Shown: in pieces, positions 21,182 to 30,684 of the stretch | How the letters are laid out: each line of letters begins with the position of its first letter | Position numbering within the stretch: position 1 is the first letter of the stretch | Assembly (NCBI GenBank): GCA_964523735.1 | Contig: CAZFYZ010000001.1 | Span: 10,672-74,671, forward strand | Length of the DNA stretch: 64,000 bases | Direction of reading: 5' to 3' | Source: an uncultured bacterium | GTDB taxonomy: Bacteria > Armatimonadota > UBA5829 | Made by a program: the position numbers and the translations under genes | The notes under the pieces: generated by a model | Told to the model about the DNA's origin: nothing | What the model saw: only the letters and a program-made list of their open reading frames with translations | Database searches by the model: none

Positions 21182-21525
21182 GTTTCGCGGAGCTGAGAGA
21201 GAATCTTGACAGCTTCATCCAAGGCTTCCAGGTCCTGGTTCAGGTTGGCGTGCGCCAGTTTCTCGATGACGTAGTTGTAGAGGGACTTGAGCCGCCCGAC
21301 GAGCGCGGGGTCGATGTCCTCACGAAGTGTTGATAACAGCTCGCAGACAACAGCGAGCGCCTTGTTGATATTGGTACCCTGCTCCTCGAGCTTACCCTCT
21401 TTCATCTTCTCCGCCGCGATTCTGCAGAAGCGAATAGCGCCGTCGTAGGCTGCCAGGAGCAGCTTGGCGGGCGATGCCGTGAGAAGCTGGTTCTGCTGAT
21501 ACTGTGCGTAGCCGTCGAGAGACAT
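21124..21525 (-). CDS. fliS: Flagellar export chaperone FliS
   Basis: The 133-aa four-helix protein begins MSLDGYAQYQQNQLLTASPAKLLLAAYDGAIRFCRIAAEKMKEG...LYNYVIEKL, which is the classic FliS signature. It lies downstream of fliD. Confidence 0.85.
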   Translation of the reverse strand: MSLDGYAQYQQNQLLTASPAKLLLAAYDGAIRFCRIAAEKMKEGKLEEQGTNINKALAVVCELLSTLREDIDPALVGRLKSLYNYVIEKLAHANLNQDLEALDEAVKILSQLRETWAEADQMIQQEIQMEAAA

Positions 21526-21537
21526 TACAACCGTACC

Positions 21538-23532
21538 TTACTTAGAGTTGCCGTTTAGCGCGGATAGCTGCGCAGAGAGATAGTTGCCCTGATCCTGCAG
21601 CTTGGCCAACTGAGATTCCATCGTGTTGAACTGCGAGTAGAGGCGAGCCTCCTGAAGCGCCAGGCGCTCCTCCATATCCGCGATGCTTTCCTCGACATCA
21701 CCAATTGCGTCGGTGAGTGACTGCTCTGCCGTTGTGATTGAGCCATTGGTCGAGGTCATGTTATCGATCAAATCTCTCAGGGTGGCAGCGGCGCCCTTGG
21801 TGTAGGTCAGAGTGGCAGTCATGGGGGCGGGAGACGTGATCAGTAGCGAAATCCCCTTGGCGCTGTTCTTGACCTCATCGCCGCTCAGGGTGAGCATCTG
21901 CCCGTTTCCGGTTGCCTCCACGCCGTTGATCGTGCCGGCCACATCCAGCCCGAGCAGGCCTTGGCCAAGGCCGCTTTCACCCGCCCATGCTCCTTCAACG
22001 GTGCATGCCTTCACATTGCCTACTCCGGTCGTGCCGGCAGTCGTATATGACAGGTTGCTGGCTACCTCGACATTGCGTTTGCTGCCAAAGCCTGTCTGAC
22101 GCAGGGTCAGGTAGTTGCCGGCGCCTGTCCCGTCGGCGCCAGTGGCAAGCGCGGTGACGCCGGTCGTGTTCGAGTAGCTGTTGATCCTGTCCACCACTTC
22201 CTGCAGCGTCATGTTTTGGGTAAGCGTGATGGTAGTGCCGTTGACGGTGAGGGTCTCATCTTGTGCCAGGTTGGCGTCCATCGCCGCCCCGGCTGTCAAC
22301 TGCGCACGCTGTGCTGCCTGAGTGATCGCAACCTCCCAGGCGCTGCCCGTCGGCTTTGTGTCCGCTGTGGAGGACAGATATGTTATGTGCGCGCTGCCGG
22401 AGTCTATGCCCGCGCTGAAGACCCGCATCACCTGCTGAGGGTTTCTGCTCAGTGCTTTGTCCAGATCAGCCTCGTTGACAACCAGATGCCCGCCGAAGTC
22501 CTGGGTTATTCCGATTGCCCCGAGAGCATTGTAGCTGCCGCTGAGGCCTACTACCGGGTTGGTTAGCCCACTGATGATCTCAGACTGGACTCCCCTCAAA
22601 CGAGAATCGCCAAAGAGAGCGCCGGTGAACCCGCTGTCAGGATCGTAATCGAACTGGTCATCAATAGCGTCAGCCAGATCATTGTACTGGGCAACAAAGT
22701 CCTGTATGGCTTCCTTGATGGTTGCCGTGTCTCTTGCAACATCTATGCGAACTGCAGTGCCTGGGTCCGCGCCCAGCAGGTTCATCGTGACCCCCGGTAT
22801 CAGGTCGGAGATGCTGTTGGAGTCCTTGTAGACAGTTATCTTGCCGGCGCCTGTTCCAAGCTCGATCTGGGCCGGGGCGGCTGCCTGGACGGGATTCTCC
22901 AGATCGAAGAGCGGTGCAACGCCCCCAGAAAGGGTTGTGGTTACGGAGAGCATCTTATTGGTCTCACCGCCCTGCGTAGCAGTGAGAAGAAGACGGTAGT
23001 CGGGTTCGCTTTCGGTGCCGCTGTTTACGACCGTGGCCTGGACGCCGCTTCCGGCCTTGTTGATCGCGTCCTTGAGACCTGCGAGAGTATTATTGCTGGA
23101 ATCCAGGGTGACTTTGAGGTTGGTCCCATTGTTGAGAGTGATGTTGACATCGCCGGTCCCAACTACGTCGTTGAGGTTTGTGTAGACTCCCCCTTGCGAG
23201 GATACCTGGTGGTTCACCGCGCGGGAGACTACCGTGACGTAGTAGGTGCCCGTGGCTGCCGTATTGGATGCGGAGGCAGTAAGGATGTCCGAATGGCTCG
23301 ACGATGCGGTGGCAAGGCTGAAGTCCGAGGCGTCGGCAATGGCCGCCACTCTGGTCTTGACTGCGAGAATGCGCGTGTTAAGATCTTGCCAGGCAGTCAG
23401 GCGCTCTTGGTACTGGGCCTTCTGGTTCTCGAGCTGCTTCTGCGGCCTGCGCGCGTAGCCCATGATCTTTGAGATAATATCGTCCGTTTGGAGGCCCGAT
23501 ACAAGACCATTGACGGACATCATTCCAGCCAT
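21538..23532 (-). CDS. fliD: Flagellar filament cap protein FliD (hook-associated protein 2)
   Basis: The N-terminus is MAGMMSVNGLVSGLQTDDIISKIMGYARRPQKQLENQKAQYQERLTAWQDLNTRILAVKT. The C-terminus is ...EERLALQEARLYSQFNTMESQLAKLQDQGNYLSAQLSALNGNSK. Both are typical of FliD. Confidence 0.85.
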   Translation of the reverse strand: MAGMMSVNGLVSGLQTDDIISKIMGYARRPQKQLENQKAQYQERLTAWQDLNTRILAVKTRVAAIADASDFSLATASSSHSDILTASASNTAATGTYYVTVVSRAVNHQVSSQGGVYTNLNDVVGTGDVNITLNNGTNLKVTLDSSNNTLAGLKDAINKAGSGVQATVVNSGTESEPDYRLLLTATQGGETNKMLSVTTTLSGGVAPLFDLENPVQAAAPAQIELGTGAGKITVYKDSNSISDLIPGVTMNLLGADPGTAVRIDVARDTATIKEAIQDFVAQYNDLADAIDDQFDYDPDSGFTGALFGDSRLRGVQSEIISGLTNPVVGLSGSYNALGAIGITQDFGGHLVVNEADLDKALSRNPQQVMRVFSAGIDSGSAHITYLSSTADTKPTGSAWEVAITQAAQRAQLTAGAAMDANLAQDETLTVNGTTITLTQNMTLQEVVDRINSYSNTTGVTALATGADGTGAGNYLTLRQTGFGSKRNVEVASNLSYTTAGTTGVGNVKACTVEGAWAGESGLGQGLLGLDVAGTINGVEATGNGQMLTLSGDEVKNSAKGISLLITSPAPMTATLTYTKGAAATLRDLIDNMTSTNGSITTAEQSLTDAIGDVEESIADMEERLALQEARLYSQFNTMESQLAKLQDQGNYLSAQLSALNGNSK

Positions 23533-23693
23533 CTTGATCCCTCGTTTTTGGAGTGCCGGTTAGCGGCTAGAGGCTAGAACGTCGCCCTCTCGGGGATGCC
23601 TAACCTCCAGCACCAAGAACTCAGCCTGCGGGCCGCTCTCGAGCGACGAAGAATCCGGTTTTGCAGCCACGTCGGCTTTGCACTCTAATAAGA

Positions 23694-23720
23694 GGCTGGG
23701 CCGGAAATACCGGCCCAGCC
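23694..23720 (-). terminator. Intrinsic terminator candidate after flagellin 1: perfect 11-bp stem GGCTGGGCCGG-aaata-CCGGCCCAGCC
   Basis: Read directly from the sequence. It starts 11 nt downstream of the flagellin stop (TAA at 23731-23733) on the minus strand and is followed by UCUUAUUAG. Confidence 0.6.
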
Positions 23721-23730
23721 TGGCAATCGC

Positions 23731-25167
23731 TTAGCGAAGAAGCGAAAGCAGATTCTGAGGAGCCTGGTTGGCCTGAGCAAGCATCGCAACGCCTGCCTGA
23801 TTCAGAATCTGATACTTGGTGAAGTTCACCATCTCGGCGGCCATGTCCGTGTCGCGAATCGTGGACTCGGAAGCCGCGATGTTCTCCTTGGCTACGGTCA
23901 AGCTGTTGATCGAGGACTCGAAGACGTTCTTCTGAGTCGCACCCAGGTTCGCTCTGACCGTTGAGATATCGGAGATCGCCTGGTCGATGATCTTCAGCGC
24001 GTTCGTGGCTGAGCTGGTCACGTCAACGTTAGCCAGCGTCATCCCTGAGACCGCGCCCGCTCCGAGGCTCATGGTGTCGGTCGAAGCGATGTTGACCGTT
24101 CTCGTCTGATCGGCGTAAGCACCGACCTGGAACTTCAGCGAACCGCTCGCGGTTGTGAACTGAGCGCCGAGGTCAGCTACCGCCGAGGCGGCTGCCGCAG
24201 TCAGAGAGATCGAGTTGCCAAGGCTGTCCTTGAGCTGGGTTCCGGTGCCGGAGGTCCAGCTTGTGTCTGACACGTTTCCACCCAGTCCGCCGGAGTGTGT
24301 GACCGTGGCGGCCACATTCACGCCAGCATCGGAGGCGGCAAGCGCGCCACCCACGTTGAAGCCGGCGCCGTTGGTAACCGAGATTGTCGCCGCGCTGCCA
24401 TACTCGGCGCTAGTGAGCGTGATCGTACCGGTGCCGCCCAAGCCAGCGGTGACACCAGTCGTGTCGGTCTTGGCGTTGATTGCGGCAGCCAGCTGCGTGA
24501 CGGTCATCGTCGCGGTGTAATTGATCTGAACGGTGTTGCCCTTGCCTGTGAGCATGAACGAACCGTCAGTGCCGCCCAGCGCAACTGTGTCATTGGCGCC
24601 GAAGGATTTGCTGAGGATGGTCGCCTTCTCAGCGGCCGTCGTGACGTTGACGCTAACTGTGTCGGAAACGGCAAGCGTGCTGGAGTAGTTCATGTTGGCT
24701 GCCGTCACGGACGAGCCCGTGATGGTGGCCTTGATACCGGCAGAGCCGTCCAGCAGTTTCTTGTTTCCGAACTGGGTCTCGCTGGAGATCTTGTTGATCG
24801 ACGCGAGGGCGTTGGTGATCTGGGACTGGTCAGCGGCGATGGCTGCTGTGTCGTTGGCGCCGGTGTTCGCTGCGTGCACCGCCAGGTCTCTCATAGAACG
24901 CAGAAGGTTGTTGACCTCGTTGAGGGCGCCTTCTGTGGTCTTGACCATGTTGACCGCGTCACCCGCATTCTGAATGGCCTGCTGCAGGCCGCTCACCTGG
25001 GCTCGCAGTTTCTCGGAAATAACAAGTCCTGCCGGGTCATCACCGGCGGAGTTGATCTTGAAACCCGAGGACAAGCGCTCAATGCTCTTGGAAAGAGCGC
25101 TGTCAGTGCCCGCCAGATTGCGGCTTGCTGTCAAAGCAGCAGAGTTGAGGTTGATTCTGAGACTCAT
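23731..25167 (-). CDS. fliC: Flagellin (copy 1), 479 aa
   Basis: The ORF track gives 23731..25209. The real start is the Met at 25167 (MSLRINLNSAALTASRNLAGTDSALSKSIERLSSGFKINSAGDDPAGLVISEKLRAQVSGL...), preceded by GGAGG. The C-terminus ...QILNQAGVAMLAQANQAPQNLLSLLR is the conserved flagellin D0 region. Confidence 0.9.
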   Translation of the reverse strand: MSLRINLNSAALTASRNLAGTDSALSKSIERLSSGFKINSAGDDPAGLVISEKLRAQVSGLQQAIQNAGDAVNMVKTTEGALNEVNNLLRSMRDLAVHAANTGANDTAAIAADQSQITNALASINKISSETQFGNKKLLDGSAGIKATITGSSVTAANMNYSSTLAVSDTVSVNVTTAAEKATILSKSFGANDTVALGGTDGSFMLTGKGNTVQINYTATMTVTQLAAAINAKTDTTGVTAGLGGTGTITLTSAEYGSAATISVTNGAGFNVGGALAASDAGVNVAATVTHSGGLGGNVSDTSWTSGTGTQLKDSLGNSISLTAAAASAVADLGAQFTTASGSLKFQVGAYADQTRTVNIASTDTMSLGAGAVSGMTLANVDVTSSATNALKIIDQAISDISTVRANLGATQKNVFESSINSLTVAKENIAASESTIRDTDMAAEMVNFTKYQILNQAGVAMLAQANQAPQNLLSLLR

Positions 25168-25595
25168 AGCGATTCCTCCCTGAAATGCTATCGCCAATCC
25201 ATGGCGCATCGGCTCTTAGCCGACAAACGTTGGGCGGCTAGTTCTCTACCAGGCTTGCCATCGGCTGCCCCGTAATACTCCGGAAGCCTGGGCCCGCTCA
25301 GCTGACATGGAAACCATGTCCGCAGCGGGCGGACGACCATCCTTGAGCCCGATCCGCTGCCGCCATCCGACGCATTTCAGTAAGGGTACTCCACGTAGAA
25401 GTATCGACCTTGGTGCGGCGGCACTTGAGCTGCTCGCGGAGCCGGGCCAGTTCTGTCGGCCTGAATGGTTCTCAATCTACCATTTGCTTCTTCCATGAGA
25501 GACCGCTCGCAATAACACCAGATTTTCAAAAAAATCACTGCGTGCCATGGGCCATCCGAGTGGCGCCAGTTGGTCGCGCGTCGCCTGCCTCGCCG

Positions 25596-25640
25596 CCACC
25601 AAAAAGGCGGGCGCCGAACTCCAAAGGAGCCCGGCGCCCG
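25596..25640 (-). terminator. Intrinsic terminator after flagellin 2: stem GGGCGCCG...CGGCGCCC followed by CCUUUUUGG on the minus strand
   Basis: Read directly from the sequence. It lies 30-70 nt downstream of the flagellin 2 stop (TAA at 25669-25671). The loop itself contains a small CUCC-UUU-GGAG hairpin. Confidence 0.65.
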
Positions 25641-25668
25641 GTTGAGAATGAGGTCCTGGTTGTTCTGC

Positions 25669-27102
25669 TTATTGAAGGAGTTTGAGCAGAGTCTGGGGTG
25701 TCATATTGGCTTGCGCAAGCATAGAGGTGCCAGCTTGCTGCAGGATCTGGAATCTGGTGAGGTTGACGACCTCGGAAGCCATGTCCGTGTCTCGGATGGT
25801 GGACTCCGACGCCGCGATGTTCTCCTGCGCGATGGTCAAGCTTGTAATGCTCGACTCGAAGACGTTCTTCTGCGTCGCTCCCAGGTTGGCTCTGATGGTG
25901 GTGATGTCCTTGATCGCCTGGTCGAGGATGAGCAGGGCGCTTGTTGGATTGTCTCTAACATCGACATCGGCGAGCGTCTTGCCCGATACCGCACCCGCGC
26001 CCAACTGGTTCGCAGCTGTCGATTGCATGCTGATTTCCCTGGTCTGCCCTGCATAGGCGCCAACCTGGAATACCAGCGATCCTCTGGCGACAGTGAACTG
26101 CTGTCCGAGATCAGCAACAGTCGATCCGGCAGCCGTTGTGAGGGCAATCATGTTGCCGAGGCTATCCATAAGAGTCGTGCCGTAGCCCGACGTCCAGCTG
26201 GCATCGGACACGTTGCCGCCTGTTCCACCGGTATGGGTAACCGTAGCCGCGGCGTTCACGCCCTTCGCGCTTGCCGAGAGCGCGCCGCCAGCGAGGATGT
26301 CTCCACCGCCGGTGATGCTTATCTCGGCATTAGTGCCGTACTCCGCACTCTTGAGTGTAATGACACCCGATCCATTCACTGTGGCCGCTATGCCTGTCGT
26401 CCCCGATTGGCCGTTGATGATGCTAGCCAACTGAGAGACCGTCATGGTTGCGGAATAGGCGATCTGAACCGTGTTGTCGTTGCCTTTCAGGCTGAACGTT
26501 CCCGTGGCGCCAATGGCTGCCGCGTCGTTGGCTCCGAAAGCCTTGGTAAGAACGGTAGCCTGAGCGGCGGCGGTTGTGACATTGACGCTTACTGCGTCTG
26601 TGTCTGCAAGGGTAAGAGCGTAGTTCAGATTCGCCGCCGTGGTCTGGGTGCCGGTGATGGTGGCCATGACCCCGGCCGATCCATCCAGCAGTTTCTTGTT
26701 GCCGAACTGAGTCTCACTGGCGACCTTGTTGATCGAGGCAATCGCGTTGGTAATCTGTGCCTGGTCGGCTGCGATTGCCGCATCATCATTGGCGCCCGTG
26801 TTCGCTGCGTGTACGGCGAGGTCTCTCATGGAACGCAGCAAGCTGCTTACCTCGTTGAGGGCGCCTTCGGTGGTCTTCACCATGTTGACTGCATCGCCGG
26901 CATTCTTGATGGCTTGCTCGAGGCCGCTCACCTGGGCTCGCAGTTTCTCTGAGATTACAAGCCCCGCCGGGTCGTCGGCCGCGCAATTGATCTTGAATCC
27001 AGACGACAGCCGTTCGATCGTCTTGCCGAGGTTCCTATCGGTGCCGGCCAGGGTTCGGTGTGCGGCCAGTGCCGACGTATTCAGGTTGATTCTGAGGCTC
27101 AC
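25669..27102 (-). CDS. fliC: Flagellin (copy 2), 477 aa, GTG start
   Basis: The protein begins MSLRINLNTSALAAHRTLAGTDRNLGKTIERLSSGFKINCAADDPAGLVISEKLRAQVSGLEQAIKNAG. It is paralogous to copy 1 and differs in the central variable region. The start codon is GTG, with AAGGAGGAAAG 8 nt upstream. Confidence 0.9.
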   Translation of the reverse strand: MSLRINLNTSALAAHRTLAGTDRNLGKTIERLSSGFKINCAADDPAGLVISEKLRAQVSGLEQAIKNAGDAVNMVKTTEGALNEVSSLLRSMRDLAVHAANTGANDDAAIAADQAQITNAIASINKVASETQFGNKKLLDGSAGVMATITGTQTTAANLNYALTLADTDAVSVNVTTAAAQATVLTKAFGANDAAAIGATGTFSLKGNDNTVQIAYSATMTVSQLASIINGQSGTTGIAATVNGSGVITLKSAEYGTNAEISITGGGDILAGGALSASAKGVNAAATVTHTGGTGGNVSDASWTSGYGTTLMDSLGNMIALTTAAGSTVADLGQQFTVARGSLVFQVGAYAGQTREISMQSTAANQLGAGAVSGKTLADVDVRDNPTSALLILDQAIKDITTIRANLGATQKNVFESSITSLTIAQENIAASESTIRDTDMASEVVNLTRFQILQQAGTSMLAQANMTPQTLLKLLQ

Positions 27103-27529
27103 TTTGGTCTTTCCTCCTTGAACGATTGCTCGTTGTCCTGTCGCGACTGACTTCCTGTCAGCTCAAGGACGTTTACGGCGCCTGCCGGAGCAGGCTTCTC
27201 CTACCTACTACATCGACTACGTGCGGACGCGGCATTAGCATCTTTTTTGGGAATTTCAGGGGTGCCAGGAGGCCTAGCTGATCCACGCTCTACACCTTGC
27301 TTGAGTCCGTCTGCGCTGAGTAGCGGCAGCATATCGAAGCGCCGCGCCTGGGCATTCGGTAGGGCACGGCTGCCAATGCTGTGCGGGGTGGTGGGAGTTG
27401 GCCAGCGTGGATGGTTCTAGATGAGACGTGATGAGCTGGTCCGGACGTGACAGAGGGTGGTACCGTACTTAGGTATCAGACGGCACAGAAGGCAGGAAGA
27501 TGGCCAGGCTAGCCTCTTGCGGATGGATT

Positions 27530-27754
27530 CTAGGCTTCTCCAAGGGCTTTGGAGACCGCATCCACTGAGGCCTCGCCGGCCGCTCTTACGTTTTCTGCCC
27601 TAATCTGGTCCAAGAGTTCCTTGCGGTGCACCGGTATCGACTTAGGCGCGTTGATGCCCAGCCGCACCTGGTCACCCCTTACTTCGATGACCAGAAGCTC
27701 GATGTTGTCGTTGATGATGATCGACTGCCCGACCTTCCTGGCTAGAACTAACAT
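27530..27754 (-). CDS. csrA: Carbon storage regulator CsrA
   Basis: The sequence MLVLARKVGQSIIINDNIELLVIEVRGDQVRLGINAPKSIPVHRKEL is unmistakable for CsrA. It sits between fliW and the flagellin gene, as in the Bacillus-type FliW-CsrA-Hag module. Confidence 0.9.
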   Translation of the reverse strand: MLVLARKVGQSIIINDNIELLVIEVRGDQVRLGINAPKSIPVHRKELLDQIRAENVRAAGEASVDAVSKALGEA

Positions 27755-27784
27755 CTTGAGTGCTTCCTTTCACTCGTGCGGCCC

Positions 27785-28264
27785 CTAGGCCGCCTTGACG
27801 ACTGCCTTCTCCCCGGCATTCTCGCTGTTCTCGCTTTCCATATTTACCACAAGTGGGTGCTTTACCGAATAGCGATTGTCCTGAAGCACCACCTGCAGGC
27901 CGATCAGCTCCTCCGAGTTGATCACGACAGGCGCTGCAAGATTGATCGATAGTTCGCGCCCGCCCTCGCCGACAGTAACGATAGTCAGCACAATGGCATC
28001 GTCCGCGTTCTCCAGGTGCAGCATCTCTGCTTCGGCATCCGGCACCTCGATCTCGTAGTCAGCGAAGAATCTCGATGGATCGACGACCACGAACGCCAGG
28101 CCCGGCTCATCGATCGACTGAAGCCATCTCAGGCTTGTGTCCGGACGGTGCTGCATCAGGCAGTAGTCCTTGTAGTCCTCGAAGCCGATCGGACCTTTCA
28201 GCATCTTGATGATCGAGGAGTCGTCGATTTCGAGTACACCGAATCTTGTCGTTTCTACTTTCAT
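27785..28264 (-). CDS. fliW: Flagellar assembly factor FliW
   Basis: The ORF track gives 27785..28285. The likely start is the Met at 28264 (MKVETTRFGVLEIDDSSIIKMLKGPIGFEDYKDYCLMQHRPDTSLRWLQSID...), with GGAGG 6-10 nt upstream. The protein is FliW-family, about 160 aa. Confidence 0.85.
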   Translation of the reverse strand: MKVETTRFGVLEIDDSSIIKMLKGPIGFEDYKDYCLMQHRPDTSLRWLQSIDEPGLAFVVVDPSRFFADYEIEVPDAEAEMLHLENADDAIVLTIVTVGEGGRELSINLAAPVVINSEELIGLQVVLQDNRYSVKHPLVVNMESENSENAGEKAVVKAA

Positions 28265-28284
28265 CTTAACCTCCATTGCCCTCA

Positions 28285-29202
28285 TTAACCGAGTGTCTGA
28301 GCGCTGGTTAGCGCGAGACTAAGGACTTGTTGAGTGACCGCCAGGGCTGCTTTATACACGTTCTGCTGGGCTGCCAGATCTATGGTGGCCTGCACCAGGT
28401 CGATGTCCTCTGTTTCAGAAAGCAGCGTTCTTAGGCGATCAGTTGTCTCCGATATCATTGTGGAAGCGTTATCCATTCGCGCGGAAACAGAACCAAGGTT
28501 CGCTTCCGCCGCGAGCAAGTTATCATAGTTTGCGTCAATGTTGTCCAACTGAGCGCTGATCAGATCCTCGTCGCCTGACTGGATGGCGTCTCGCAGCTGC
28601 GTCACCATAGTGAACAGATCAGTGGTGCCCGCACCTGCCGATCCATCGAAGTTGAACAGCTTGTTACCCGGAACGTTGACCGTAAGGCTTACCCAGCCCA
28701 GCACTTGGGTCTGCTTATAGCTAGAGTTCCCCTGGTAAGCATAGGGCGGACTGCCGGCCTGTTCGGCCAGCGGAGCCGTATTGGTCTTTGTTCCGCTGAA
28801 CACATACTGGTCCATGTATTTCGTGTTGGCCAAATCAGCCATCTGGTCCAGTATGTTATTCAGTTGCGTCACGTTCGTCTCAGCAGCGGTGCCGGTGTAA
28901 TCCGGCTTCGTAGCGCTCACTGCGATGTCTCTGGCGGAACGCACCAGGGTAACCAGATCCCCGATTGCATTGGCACTTGCGTCCACCATTGGCTGCGTGA
29001 CGGTAATATTATCGGCTAGCTGCCTTGTGTTACTTATAGCAGCGCGCAAACTCAATGCCCTACTTGTTCCAGAAACGTCGTCGGATGCTTTCTGGATCCG
29101 CTTCCCGCTGGCCGCCTGGCTCTGTAATGCAGTCAGTCTGCTGCTCGAGAGGCTCAGGTAGGACTGAGTGTTTCTGATCTGCTGATTGAGTGATGTTCTC
29201 AT
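28285..29202 (-). CDS. flgL: Flagellar hook-associated protein 3 FlgL
   Basis: The N-terminus is flagellin-like (MRTSLNQQIRNTQSYLSLSSSRLTALQSQAASGKRIQKASDDVSGTSRALSLRAAISNTRQ). The gene follows flgK. Confidence 0.85.
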   Translation of the reverse strand: MRTSLNQQIRNTQSYLSLSSSRLTALQSQAASGKRIQKASDDVSGTSRALSLRAAISNTRQLADNITVTQPMVDASANAIGDLVTLVRSARDIAVSATKPDYTGTAAETNVTQLNNILDQMADLANTKYMDQYVFSGTKTNTAPLAEQAGSPPYAYQGNSSYKQTQVLGWVSLTVNVPGNKLFNFDGSAGAGTTDLFTMVTQLRDAIQSGDEDLISAQLDNIDANYDNLLAAEANLGSVSARMDNASTMISETTDRLRTLLSETEDIDLVQATIDLAAQQNVYKAALAVTQQVLSLALTSAQTLG

Positions 29203-29326
29203 ATGGCTTACCTACTGGGGCTGTTGCGGAGCTGTAGCGGGCGTCTCTGACGCCCCTGGGAGGCGTCGGAGACGCCTGCTACAACTGCGGATCACAGAAG
29301 AGCGATCTATCGCAACTGCCTCCTAC

Positions 29327-30679
29327 CTACAGTCCTGTCTGCATGAGTGTACCCAGCATCTCGTCGTAGGCTGTGAGTACTCTTGCCGCTGCAGTATAGG
29401 CCTGCTGGTACTTGATCATATTGGTCATTTCCTCGTCCGTACTTACCCCCGAAATCGACTGCTGCTGGGCGGTGTACTGGTCAACCGCCAGTTGGCAAGC
29501 TCTTGCGCGGGCGGTGGAGAAGGTGGCGAAGCTCCCGACATCAGTTACAAACTGACTGTAGAGCTGGTTCAGCGTCAGCCCGTCGCGGACCACGGCGTTC
29601 TGGAGGTTGGCTATGGCTGTCGCGTTGCTGTTATCGCCTTCGCTGCCATCGAGCGAGGCCGCAATAAGCTCGGGGTTGTCCACTATCAACGAATCGAGCT
29701 TGATCGTGGCCGCGGTGGATCCGGCCTGGAAGAAGTCGCCTCCGCGTACTCCGGTCAGGGTTGTACCTAAACGGTGCACGGTGTTGACCTGGGAGACGAG
29801 CAGGGAGGCGACATCATCGAGGCGTTGCATGTAGGAGTTGATGGTCTCATCTCGCAGCTCGACAATGGCTTTGAGTTCGCCTCCGTTGTTCAGCACAGTG
29901 CTGCCGTCGCTGGCCCACGTGACTATCTGGTTGCCGGAGACAACCTCGCAATCAAGGGCGTTGTACCAGTTGTCCTGCACCAACACCCGGCCCCCGATGG
30001 ATATGATGTAGCCGCCTTTGCCGTCGCCGTGCTGGCTTACATCTGCGAGTTCGGAAAGACGCCCCAGCAGAGCATCCCTTGCGTTGAGGAGGTCGTTCGA
30101 GTTCATCTGCCCCTCCTCAACCGAGTTGATCTGCTGGTTCAGGTCGGTTATCTGGGAGGCTATCTGGTTGATGCTGTTGACGCGGTCCACGACAGTCGCA
30201 TTCAGGTCATAAACCGCGTCCCTGAGCTGCCCGTAAGTGTACTGCATGTGCTCGGCCAGAGTCGATGCTTTGGAGAGCAGTGAGCTTCTCACCGATTCGG
30301 ACTCCGGACTGGTTGCTGCTGCCTGCCAGGCGTTCCAGAATGCGCTCAAGTCGGATTGCAGACCCGAGTCGCTGGGCTCGCCGATGGCAGACTCGACCTG
30401 CATCAGGAAGTTGGCCTTGTACTGCCATTCGGCGCTCTCATTGCTGGCGGCTCGCAAGCGGTTTTCAACCAATGTGTCGCGAATGCGCCGGATGTCACCT
30501 GTGACGACGCCGGCTCCGCCCGTGCTTCCGGCAAGGGAGCGCTCGGATGTGGACACCTGCTGGCGCTTGTATGACATGTCGCTGGCATGCGCGACATTAT
30601 AGGCCAGGACATCCAAGGCACTCTTCTGTGCATTCAGCCCCGAGTACGCTATGTTGATACCGAAAAATGTGCTTCCCAT
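29327..30679 (-). CDS. flgK: Flagellar hook-associated protein 1 FlgK
   Basis: The sequence MGSTFFGINIAYSGLNAQKSALDVLAYNVAHASDMSYKRQQV (FlgK N-terminal rod/hook motif) is followed by ...NMIKYQQAYTAAARVLTAYDEMLGTLMQ at the C-terminus. Confidence 0.85.
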   Translation of the reverse strand: MGSTFFGINIAYSGLNAQKSALDVLAYNVAHASDMSYKRQQVSTSERSLAGSTGGAGVVTGDIRRIRDTLVENRLRAASNESAEWQYKANFLMQVESAIGEPSDSGLQSDLSAFWNAWQAAATSPESESVRSSLLSKASTLAEHMQYTYGQLRDAVYDLNATVVDRVNSINQIASQITDLNQQINSVEEGQMNSNDLLNARDALLGRLSELADVSQHGDGKGGYIISIGGRVLVQDNWYNALDCEVVSGNQIVTWASDGSTVLNNGGELKAIVELRDETINSYMQRLDDVASLLVSQVNTVHRLGTTLTGVRGGDFFQAGSTAATIKLDSLIVDNPELIAASLDGSEGDNSNATAIANLQNAVVRDGLTLNQLYSQFVTDVGSFATFSTARARACQLAVDQYTAQQQSISGVSTDEEMTNMIKYQQAYTAAARVLTAYDEMLGTLMQTGL

Positions 30680-30684
30680 TGAGG

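Noticed and set aside
24295-25275. 326-aa plus-strand ORF (plus several others, e.g. 24215..24520 and 24692..24973) overlapping flagellin copy 1
   Set aside because: It is antisense to a gene with an unmistakable flagellin translation. High-GC sequence produces long spurious antisense ORFs. It has no RBS, and its composition is Arg/Gly/Ala-rich nonsense.
25570-26952. 460-aa plus-strand ORF overlapping flagellin copy 2 and the inter-flagellin spacer
   Set aside because: It is antisense to the flagellin gene. It also runs through the predicted terminator hairpin at 25596-25640. The translation is low-complexity R/G/A-rich.
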